Below, one piece after another: positions 24,963 through 36,026 of a DNA stretch of 64,000 bases. The notes under the pieces were generated by a model that ran no database searches, was not told the origin of the DNA, and worked only from the letters and a program-made list of their open reading frames with translations. Numbering within the stretch: the stretch's first letter is position 1; each line of letters opens with the position of its first letter. Source of the DNA: Azolla caroliniana (taxonomy: Eukaryota; Plantae; Polypodiophyta); the NCBI GenBank assembly GCA_043228905.1, contig JBHGNT010000014.1:3224001-3288000 (forward strand), written 5' to 3'. Position numbers and translations under genes: made by a program.

Positions 24963-25704
24963 ACTTGACTTGAATCCGGGTGGTTGTACCATGTTCACCT
25001 CCTCATTTAATTCGCCTTGGAGAAAGGCGTTCTTGATGTCCATCTGATGGAGGTGCCACCCTTTTGTTGTTGCAAGCACGATCACGGTTCAAATGGTAGT
25101 CATCTTTGCCACCAGGGCAAAGGTCTCTTCGTAATCGACCCATGTGTTTGTGCATACCCTTTTGGCACAAATCAGGCCTTATACTGATTGACGGTGCCAT
25201 CGGTATTGTGCTTCACCTTGTATATCCACTAGCATCCGATTGCCTTTTGGTGGGGTGAAAAGGGACGAGATCCCATGTCTCGTTCCTGGAGAGTGCTTGC
25301 ATCTCCTCATTCATCGCTTCAACCCATCGCGGGTCTTTAGCGGTTTTGGAAAACATTTCCGACACCTGAACTATCGCCACCTTCATCATAGAGGCATAGT
25401 GATATGCCATGTAGTCAGTGTAGCCAAATCAACTGACTACATTCTTTTCTCAAGTGGAGCGACATGGTTGTTCACTTGTCTTTGTGAATGCTTTCTTGGC
25501 TCCTCATGTCCTCATTATAGGAACATCTAATCCTCCGTACTCACTATTGGGTGAGTGAGCCGATTCGTTTCCATCCGAGTCTTCGTACTCAAGCCTTTTG
25601 GCCTTTCCTTTGTCCGATTTCAAACTTGGCCGCAACATACTATGGTCGCTTTATGGCTGTTGTGGTCCACTCAATCTAGTTGAGATTGGAATCTCCTCTA
25701 GCAT
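24963..25704 (-). pseudogene. pol: Copia C, RT N-terminal half and INT-RT spacer
   Basis: [40 protein letters not shown]. Confidence 0.88.
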
Positions 25705-26204
25705 TGTCGTGCCTTTCGGCTCCAGATCATTGAGTGAGTCGGGTGGGAACCACTGCGGTTTTGGACTAGGAGAAAGAAGAGAGGTAAGTTATGAATCTCA
25801 TGAATTCCACGAGTTTAGTGTATTTAATCAATATTTAGATAGTAAGAGACAATTTAGATGACAAATTCGTGAATCCCACGAATATATTATATTGGTCAAT
25901 CCTTACAAAATAATCAACCCCCCATATACATCTTTCTCTCCTCCTTATATAAGGATGGGAGAGACTAAGCATAGCTTCTTGCTTTTTCTAAAGTGTTCGT
26001 GCACACTAAATGCGCATGAGTTGCTTTTTCCACTATGCTTTTATTTCCTAAATATAGTGCTCATGCACGCTAGATGTGCACGAGTATTTTTTTATTGGTT
26101 TAGTATTCACACACTTTAAAAATGCATGATTTACCTTTTAATAAAGGTAGGCATAAATAAAAGTCTTATACCTATTAAATCTATATTTATAACACTTAAG
26201 ATAA

Positions 26205-26268
26205 GTCAATATAATGGTAAAGTTTTGGTTTATTTACATGGAGGTACAGGGTTTGAATCCTGCCCTAT
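26205..26268 (+). promoter_or_regulatory. tRNA-like module in the B 3' LTR (antisense to B); second copy at about 41165-41225
   Basis: ATATAATGGTAAAG...GGAGGTA-CAGG GTTTGAAT CCTG (T-arm-like hairpin). Confidence 0.6.
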
Positions 26269-26383
26269 GCATGTAATAAATATTTTAATATTTTCTTTTA
26301 TTTATATATATGTACTTAAATCGGATATATTATTTTTACATTTTTCACAGTGTGTGGACTACACTACGACACTCGCCCCCTCC

Positions 26384-27513
26384 GAACCTGCACATCCTCC
26401 GGTATGTGCCGAAGTTCCCGATGCATGTTATTCGTTTTCATCCATAGCACTCTCTGATTCTCCCCTTATGTCGACTACAAGTTGTAGTCCACTTTCTTTG
26501 CTTTCCGTATCGCCGCGATCTTTGTCCGGTTGCTACTCGATGTAGATCTTGTCTAGGGTTACATAGGGTTCTTCGTCAGTCCGCTTCTTGAAAATCTCCA
26601 CCCATTTCCCCGCTATAGGCATCCGTAGTACTATTCCATCCAACTCGCATAGTCGGTAAGTTCCGTTGTCGAAAACTTTCCGAACCTCGTATGGCCTGAA
26701 CCACCTTTTCGCGAACTTCCGTATCGTTGTATGTTGATGATTCAGACTACTGTCATAGACAATCACCCAATCTCCTTCTTCAATCTTCCGTAGTCGTAAT
26801 AGATGCTTTGTGTCAAATTGGCTTTTGTTCCGGAATAGCGCTTCCTGTTGCCGGCGTGTTGCTTCCATTATGACCGCTAGTAGTTCTTCCCGGCTCATCT
26901 CTTCCTTCCACGGCAGCACTGTCCATGTCGCAATTGCGGTTTCCGTCGACATTACCAGTGCTTGTCCGGTCATGAGTTCAGCTTGCATAAAACCGGTCAC
27001 GAAACTATGCATCGTACGATCCGCCCATAGTGCATACAGGAGCATCTATGGCCAATCCTTCACCCTTCCGTCGCATGCTTTTGCAAGTGCTTTGACGATT
27101 GGACTATGTCCTCGTTCGATCTTCCCGTTGGCTTCCAGATTGTATGTCGTTGTTAGTGTTAACCGAACTCCATGTTTGGTGAAGAATTCCCTAGCTTTAT
27201 CAGAGTCGAGCTCTCCCCGATCTCAATCACTTGTCCTACGCACTCGTACCTACAAAACACTTCTTCCAAAAGAAATTGGCATACCGCAAAACACGTTTTC
27301 CTCCGTAGTGCTCGACCTTCTACATGGTTTGTGCGATCTTCTCGAGCTAACACCAAGTACTTCTTTTGTCAGATTCCGGTTGGCATGGCTACAATGTCGA
27401 CCATCCATTTGAAGTTGATTGTCGGTGAGAATGTCGGATGTAACTCATCTCAGTGTCGAACCCCGGAGTAGACTTGGCATTTCTCGCAACTTTCCGTGAA
27501 CTCCGCGACGTCT
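26384..27513 (-). pseudogene. pol: B integrase
   Basis: ESCEKCQ, FKWMVDIV, LAREDRTNHVEGRAL, NGKIERGH, KFAKRWFRPYEV. Confidence 0.88.
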
Positions 27514-30500
27514 TAACAGACTTAGAGCGGCAAAAGGAGAACACCGTAGGGCTTGCCGGCGGCAGTCACTCCGAGAACGAGACATGGCAGGCGTTGCAAG
27601 AATGCCAGATTACGCTGCCACTAGGAAGACTCCTACAGCTCGTGCCGAGATTCACGAAAGGACTGAAGACAGCCATGACAGAAGGAGAATCATCACCGGC
27701 ACCGTTACTCTTCTTGAATTCGGAGGAGGGACCAACGGTGGTGGACACCAACAGTCCGGTAATTACTTCCATTGTAAAAGGGAAAGAACTCCCCGGCACA
27801 GTAATAGACGGAGGCTCCGGTGTGAATTTAATAAGCCTTCGGACGTGTGATGCCATGGGAATCCACGAGTGGGAGCCGTGTTCATTCTGGTTACGGATGG
27901 CCGATACAAGCTCAGTGCGGCCGACAGGATTAATACGAAAATTAGAAGTCACCGTTGGCGGTCATACATTTCACATCTCGGTAGTGGTGCTACAATTACA
28001 GGCACAAGGCGCGTACCCGCTATTGCTGGGGGGGGCGTGGTTGAAAACGGCACATATCAAACAGAATTGGAGGAAAAATATAATTACCTTCCGGCGAGGA
28101 AAAGCCAAGGTACGTGTACCAACACAGCCAAGGACGAGCACTGGCAAGGAATGTACACCGTTGTATGCAGAGTGCGTCAACATGCTAGAAGGGTTAGCTG
28201 ACGAAGAAGAAGCTCAGTACTTGCAGGAAAACCCGAAGATCGTACCCCTCTTCGAAATTGACATTGCCGAAGCAGTAGCACCATACTTACCACAGCCAGA
28301 AGAGACTGAAGCAGAACTGGATAAGGACGCAATCTAAGAGTTACGGCAAGCGTAGGAAGCGTTGGAACGGGAAATGGCCAGTTCACAGCGCGTAAAAGCG
28401 TCGCAACTTGAAGAGGTGAACCTAGGGACCACGGACGAAGCAAAACCGGTGCACATCACCAAGGAGATGAAGTCCGAAGACAAAACGGCGATGATCACAC
28501 TTCTCACGGAATTTCGCGACGTGTTTGCCTGGTCATACGAAGACATGCGAGGGCTCGACCCTCAGTTATACCAGCATCAGATTCACTTGAGCAAGGACGC
28601 AAAACCAGTGCCACAAAGACGGTACCGGATGAATCCCAATTATGCCGCCAAAGTCAAGGAGGAAATCGACAAACTGCTAAGAGTTGGCTTTATCCGTCTG
28701 GTAAAGAAAGCGACATGGCTGAGCCCGATCGTAGTCGTACCGAAGAAGAACGGAAAAATTCGAGTTTGTGTGGACTACCGGAAACTCAATGCGGCTACGG
28801 TAACGGATACGTTTCCACTTCCGTTCACAGATGGAGTGTTGGATGTCGTCGCCGGCCATGAGGTCTATAGCTTTCTAGACGGATTCAGCGGGTATAATCA
28901 GATCCGGATGCACCCCGACAACCAAGAGAAAACGGCTTTCGTCACCGAATAGGGGTTGTTTGTGGTCGTGGTGATGATGTTCGGACTCAAAACGGCACCG
29001 GCAACATTCCAACAAATCATCATGGAAATCTTTGGTGAATATATCCCGGCTTTTATGCAGGTTTTCCTTGACGATTTCGCCGTCTATAGCCGGGAAGAGG
29101 ACCATTTTCAACACCTCCATCTTTGTCTAGAAAAGTGTAGAGCGTACCGGCTAAGCTTGAATCCGACGAAGTGTGTATTTGGTGTGTCCAGTGGAACCCT
29201 ACTAGGACATATTGTGGGCAAGGAAGGCATTGCAGTCGACTCGGACAAAGTGAAAGCCATATTAGAAGCACCGGTGCCGGTAACGGCAAAGGCATTGAGC
29301 CAGTTCTTAGGACAGATCCGGTGGCACAACCGGATGCTCCGATACTTGGTCGACTTGGCTATACCGTTGCATGCCGCGGTACATCGAACACCATTCCAGT
29401 GGACCGACACCAAGGATAGGGCGTATAGGGCCCTCAAGGTATTATTGTCGCAAGCACCGGTAGTGCAGCCTCCGGATTGGAGTAAAGAATTTCATGTGTT
29501 CGTGGACGCCTCCGACATCGCAATCGGAAGCGCACTGATGCAGCTTACGGAGCCAAAGTGGTACCGGCCAGTGTACTATGCCAGCCGAAAGCTATCCCAA
29601 GCGGAACGGAACTACTCTACCATGGAACAGGAAGTTCAAGGGATGATCTACAGTGTGACAAAGTTTCGGCATTATTTATTGGGAAGGAAGTTTTCCTTCC
29701 ATGTAGATCATTCGGCACTCCTCTACCTGGTGTCCAAGGTGTCACTCACCGGTAAGTTGGCCCAGTGGACCTTACTGTTACAGGAATTCGAGTTCGAAAT
29801 ATTCCACCGACCCGGTATACAGCATGCCGTAGCGGATTATTTAAGCCGATTAGAGTCTGGAGAGACGGGCGACGGAGTAGCGGACGAGTTTCCGGATGCG
29901 GAGCTGTTTCGAGTCACTACGGAAACGGCAGCAAATGAGACGGTGGCACAGGAAGACAAGTGGGTCACAAATATGCACCAATTTCTGAGCACAGGACTGC
30001 CTCTGGAGGAGATGAACCGGGACGAAAGGAAACGCCTAGCGGTGCAAAGCTGACATTTCTGCTTACTGCGAGACACACTTTACCATAGGGGCGCGGACGG
30101 CATATGGAGACAGGTTGTGCGTAGCGATGAAAAGGACCTCATACTGAGGGAAGCCCACTGCGGAGTTGCCGAAGGTCACTATGCCGGAGATGCGACGGCC
30201 AGGAAAATATGGCAAAGTGGCCTATGGTGGCCAACTACATTAAGAGATGTTGTACGGTACGCAAAAGAATGTGACCTATGCCAGAGAATGGGCCAGCCAA
30301 TGGAGCAAGCTCGGATGCCACACCAGCCAGTACTACCACTCGAATCATTCCAGAAGTGGGGGCTGGACTTTGTTGGACCGTTCAAACCACCGGCAATGAG
30401 AACAGGTAATCGGTACGTCATCGTCCCGACAGATTACTGCACGAAATGGGTGGAGGCCAAAGCCTTAAGAGACAACACCACTGCGTCAACGGCAAAATTT

Positions 30501-31283
30501 CTATACGAATACATCTAGTGCCGTTACGGATGCCCAATCGAATTAATAAGCGACCAAGGGGGGCACTTCCTCGGCCAAGTAGTTGAAAGCCTGACGACAT
30601 TCTATGTCGTTGTCCATAAATGGAGCACACCGTACTATCTACAAGCAAACGAGTTAGCTGAGTCGATGAACAAAACGCTCCAGAATATCCTCCGGAAGAT
30701 CGTCAACGAAAACCGAACGGATTGGGATACCAAGCTACATAGCGCGCTTTGGGCATACCGGACAGCATACAAAACGAGCATCCGAACAACACTGTTCCGG
30801 TTAGCGTTCGGACTAGAGGCGGTCATGCCGGTGATATTCCAAGTACCAAGCTTACGGATCCAGCTACGGGAACGGTTGAACAAGAAGGAGTCGGAGGCAA
30901 TACGGTTAACAGCGCTGTGTGCACTCGAGGAACAACGACTGGCAAGCATTCTGCACTTAGAATTGGAACAACGGCGATGGAAAGCATTTGTCGACCGGCA
31001 CAGGAAAGGAAATGAAAAAATGTTCGAAATCGGCAAGCCGGTGTTAGTATTTCAGACCCGGATGGGCAAGATGCCGAGTAAACTACGGTTTAGATGGACC
31101 GGCCCGTATTGGCTGACACGTGAGTATAATGGGTCCTACCAGTTAGGGACACTTGCCGGCGAAGTGCTAGGCAAATGGGTCAACGGATTCAGATTGAAGC
31201 CATATAGAGGACCGATGCCCAAGAACCCATTTGAGCAAAGGACCGACACCGGTGCGGAAACGGCAACAACCAAGACAGAGTAG
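27514..31283 (+). pseudogene. pol: pol (PR-RT-RH-INT) of the Athila-like element, several in-frame stops
   Basis: Same-frame ORF pieces 27453-28337, 28362-28952, 28956-30053, 30117-30518 and 30666-31283. Confidence 0.9.
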
Positions 31284-31695
31284 ACGGCAAGCCGTTAACT
31301 GGGGAAAATGAGGCGACAGAAAACAGTAATGAGGCCAGTAAAGGTCCGATAGGACCAACGGACAAGTAATCTCACACTACATTTTAAAAATAAAAAAAAA
31401 TAAAAAAAGCGTAGTAATCATGGAAAAGCGAGGTATGAACGGATGAGAGAGCGAGGAGCGAAAAGGTACGTAGTGGGCATTTAAGCGCCGCCACAGGACA
31501 TAATGCTATTTTAGTACACGACGTGCACACGCTCGAAAAAGGCGCCAGAATGCACAGAGAAAAACCACAGCGCATGGAGACCTACTTTCGCGAGAACCTA
31601 CGCACAGAGAACCCCCGCTTTCTGAACTCTCTCACTCTCACTCTCACTCTCATCACTATCCAACCTCGCCACCACAATCCGACCTCGACATAGAC

Positions 31696-34439
31696 ATGGA
31701 CCCGCAAACGCTGTCGGAAGCCGCCAAGAAATGGCTAAAGCAACACGGGCTCGAGGGCTTCTTGATGATTATGGAGGAACTGCCACACAAAGAAGCTGAC
31801 AAGGTGATCAAAGAAATCGACACAAAGGTCATAACGGGCCTTCCGCAGGGAGGCATATTCACGATCGACAATTCAACCTCGGAGCAACTCATCAAGTATT
31901 TTGGTGAGTACTCCCTAGCCAGCAAGGGCTACCGGACACAGGGCAGCGGAGATATGTTGTTCTGCGAGATTGCTCGTGTGCTCCACGAATACGACCCCCT
32001 ATCATGCCGCAGAACCGGGTAGGCATGATCATCGCCACCTATGAAGGGATCAAGGTGGATTGGCCGGTATTGATCGCAGACGGTTTGTGTGCGGCGATCG
32101 AGATCGTCAGAGGAAAAGACGGCAAAGAAGGCCGAGATGGACGCAGGATATGGCACGCAGTAACGCAGTGGCTCACCTTGCTTGTGCCACCCGTCCAGCC
32201 CGTCCAGCCCAAGAAGCGGGGAAGAGTGGCGGACGGCACCCCAAAGACTGCTTCCAAAAGACAACAGTTGTTGGCCTCTAAGGCCACTAAGGGGAAGGCG
32301 GCGGACGCAGAACATGCGGGAAAGGAGAGCGCCAGCCGGAAGCGGCCAACGGATACGCAGGAGGAACCACCGGTACGGCCCGTAAAGATTACACTCCGCC
32401 GACCGGTGAATAGAGAAGCGGACCCCTTGGCGGCGAAACTCAATGTTGGGACTCAGGAGGAGGAAATAGAGGAGGAGCCTACGGAGCACCTCCAGCCACA
32501 GTCGTCGGCAAGGACCGTTGAGACAGCCGGGAAACATTCGGACCCTCAAACGGAGGGAACACTGGCTCCCCATATTGAGACTCCCACGCCAAGGGAAGAA
32601 CCGGAACCGGTGTGCATGGCACCGGAATCAGAAGCCCCTGCACCACCGGCAGCACCGGCAAGTCCAATTCCGCCAGAGCCGGAAAGGTCAATGCAACCTC
32701 CCTCGGCCAACCAAGAAGAAGCGCAAGGGGAACCAGGACAGCAGGGTGGTCCACGGGCAGAAACGGAATTGCAACTTGGCGCAATCAGGCGGGACCACCC
32801 ACCCATAAGTGAGCCCATCCGTCAAACCTCCGTGCAAGCGCAACAACAATGCACCGGTAGCCTGTGGCTCCGGTGGATAGGCGAACAGATTGTCGGAGCA
32901 GTGGGGTATATTGAGGCGGAAGAAAGAGCGCAAAGCAAACGGTTGCTCGTCACAACTGAACAACTACAGACGGCCCGGTCCAGAATCCGGTGCCTTGAAA
33001 AAGACTTGGATCAGGTCACGGCAGAAATGGCCAAAATGGCCTTAACGGCAACACAGATCCAAGCACCGGTGACTCCGGTAAGTGTATAGAGTAAAGAAAC
33101 AAACCAACCTGTACATACTAATAAGACACCGGCAACGGAAACCGTTCCAGAGAGAGATGCGGCGCAAGCCCAGGAGCTTGCGGAATTGAGAGATGAACTT
33201 GTTGCACAAGAAGCGCTAAGGAGCCGTGAACGGGAATTCAAGACAACGGCCGAAGCAGAATTAAAGAAGACTGTTGAGAACCTCCGCCGGGCAGAGGAGA
33301 GCCTCCGGAAAGGCCATCAAGCGTACGACCGGCTAAGGGAGGAAAAAGACAAAGTGCTGCAGGAAAAGGACAAGTTGCGGAAGACGGCGGAAACGGAAAT
33401 TGAACGGCTAAAGGAGGAGCTCCGCCAGTAGAAGGACCGCGAGGACCGGGCCCGTCAACAGATCAACATACGGCTCAAGCAAAAGACAGATGATTTTGAG
33501 CACCTGCACCGGGACTACAAACGGCTCGAAACGGAGCATAAGGAACGGATGGCCGAGCTCCAGCAGGAAGTTGATCGGGCCGCGATGGCGCTCGCCGACG
33601 AACGAGCGGAAAATACAAGACGGTTGGACGAGGCGGAGAAGGTCCGGATGGAGCTCCAGAGGCAGCAGCAGGAAGAAAGGGAGAGAGCGTCAACGGTATT
33701 GCAAAAATTACAAAGCACATATCAAGGGCAATTGACGCATTACAAGGAGCAGGTGGACGACAACGTCATAATCATCAAGCAATTGAAGGAGGAACGGCAA
33801 GCTGCGGAGATCAAATCGCAGATGGGAACGGGCCGGATTTAGTGCATCCTCCGGGCATGGCTGAATCAGACAAAACGCTTGATTGACGAAAGCTCCGTAA
33901 GATGGTGGACAAAGTGGGCACAAAATACGGCGGAACTCCAATTGCTATGGGCAGACGTGGAAAACCTACAGAAGGAAGGAGATGATTGTTACACGTTGAC
34001 TTCCGAGGACTTCACCGCCATACGGGACGAGCTGGCTGAAGACTTCCAAGTCCTGGCGGATGAACAGCTGGTGCAGGTCCGGCAACTCGTAGCTCAGCTA
34101 GACGATGATAGGCTGGACGCTCAAATCCAGTTTGAGAGCTATGAGCGGTCCCAGGTTCGGGAAGAAAAAGCACGAGAAGCGGCAACGGTTAACCTTAGTG
34201 ATGAGGAACCGTCGCCGGACGAGGGCCAGGCCGGAACCAGTCAACTGGAGACCACTACGACAGAGGAAGCAACAACGGAAACGCTAGTGTCAGAGCAACA
34301 AACGGAGGAGCACCCGCAATAGCCACCAACGGACCAGTCGCAGCAGCCATCAACGGAGCAACAATAACAACAACAAATTCCAGATGAACCATTGGAGACT
34401 CTCGAACAAAGCATTCTGGAAATTTTGGACGAAGAATAG
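31696..34439 (+). pseudogene. Extra 3' ORF (about 900 codons): small N-domain, Pro/Glu-rich linker, long coiled coil, acidic tail
   Basis: Preceded by a CT-rich leader. One frameshift near 32000. Pieces 32004-33089, 33186-33431, 33549-33842 and 33879-34322 share a frame and are separated by single TAG codons. Confidence 0.75.
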
Positions 34440-34928
34440 CAAGGGTCGGATGGTGGATTCGACGTACAAGGTACTGTCCCATGGGCATGCCATGTGTTAC
34501 CGGCCGGCAAAGGAGTCCAGAGTGTGAAATGAAGGAGTTATTTAATTATTAAGGAATGGTTGTAAGTAAGCTATTAGTGTGGATGGACGGACCGGAATCG
34601 GTATGCCGTTCCGGATCCGGATCGATCCCGAACAGGGGCGGATGGCACCGTTTTGTACTACAAACCGAAAACCTATTTAAAGGCCCGGATACAATGTAAT
34701 GAGAGCAGATAATTAATGAAGCTTAGTGTTTTTATCTCTCTGTGTTAATTGCCGTTCTGCATTCATTGTTATATCTTACGAGTGTGATTATTAAGGACGA
34801 TCTTGCTAAGTAACCTAATTAAGTCGGATTAATCGTTCAGCCTAATCCTCTTGCCGTAACACCCCTTTGGTGAAGTGTCTTCCGTAGACACCCTGTGTTA
34901 GGCCATTGTCCGGCCCTAAGAGTTAACA

Positions 34929-35418
34929 TGGTTTTCCATGTTGTTCCAACATCTCATGAAACCCTTCTTCTTCTTTTTGTAAGAGGAAACCACCTCCATC
35001 AATCCGAAGTTTTTCCCGTGAAGGCATGTCCGATATCAACGGACTTTCGAAGTGTCGGATCTCCCGAAACTTCTTTCCTCTTTTGTTCGCTAACGGCGGG
35101 TAGTAGTCCCGCGGCCGATTTCACTTTCTTCTCCACGGTCTTGTATTTCGTACTCACCATTGCTTCTTCGTTGCGGAGCGCATCCGGCCCCATTCTCGCA
35201 ATGATCTCGTACATCTCAACCGATTCCACCAGAACTAACCGGTCTCCCTGGCTATTTTCTTTCGCAAGCTCTTCAAGTCGTTGTAGCGTGCTTCCATAAA
35301 ACACTTCTTCGACTACTCCCACGATTTCTTCGTCTTCTTTTATTATTAATGCCGACTGTAACTTATCCTCTACTTTTCGGTATTCTTTCTTCATTCCTCC
35401 GGTTACGGCCGTGTACGT
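34929..35418 (-). pseudogene. pol: B pol N-terminal region
   Basis: EMYEII...VSTKYKTVEKKVK...EMLEQHGK, homologous to A1 and A2. Confidence 0.85.
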
Positions 35419-35542
35419 TGTCGTGACAATTTTCGGCTATGGTGTGAAACCGAGTGAGACGAATAAACCAAGGATGTGCAACATTGCACATGCACTTAAC
35501 AAATAAGCCTAAGGCTTAGTGGCACTTGACTTGATACAGAAA

Positions 35543-35614
35543 GGTGCAAGCAAGGTTTGAACCTTGCACCTCTAAAATACAAGATGTTTGCCTTACCACT
35601 AGGACAACTATCAC
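35543..35614 (-). promoter_or_regulatory. tRNA-like module in the gag-only element LTR, antisense; second copy at about 38351-38422
   Basis: Minus strand reads TTGTCCTAGTGGTAAGGCA...AGAGGT-GCAAGG TTCAAA CCTTGC. Confidence 0.78.
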
Positions 35615-36026
35615 ATAGTGTTCCTTTTCATATACGAATTATAGACGAAACAACCATAGAAAACCATGTGCACAAAACCATGGTTCTAAACCCATGGTTT
35701 TGTGCATGAAGAGAGCTATAAAAACCGTAGTGGAGCTTGTGTAAAGGGGGGCTCAATATGTGATATCACCAACACCACTAACATCAATATAATTATATTC
35801 GTCTTTATCTTCTTCATATTTTTCTACTTCTCAAGTGTACAATCTTTCTTCTTCTCAAGTGATCAAATTTCATCCAATCTTACATTGATCGTCATCTCTT
35901 CGATAATTCCGCGAACATCCTCCCTAGTCCAAGACCCCGGCGGTCGCTCGAGTAGCACACGCACGCGCGAATCTTCGCGACATCATTTGGTGAACCCGAC
36001 GTGAGGAGCAGCAAGGGAGGACGAAG

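Larger units (their letters stand above)
27514..34928 (+). mobile_element. Non-chromovirus gypsy (Athila/Phygy/Selgy-like, no archaeal-type RH), 5' end deleted, with extra 3' ORF
   Basis: [79 protein letters not shown], 3' LTR about 34495-34928. Confidence 0.9.

Noticed and set aside
27453-27513. N-terminus of the 294-aa ORF
   Set aside because: It is the antisense strand of B's integrase zinc finger, fused by deletion to the Athila-like protease region.
31696-34439. Envelope (env) gene call
   Set aside because: No signal peptide or clear transmembrane segment is visible. Kept as an unknown accessory ORF.
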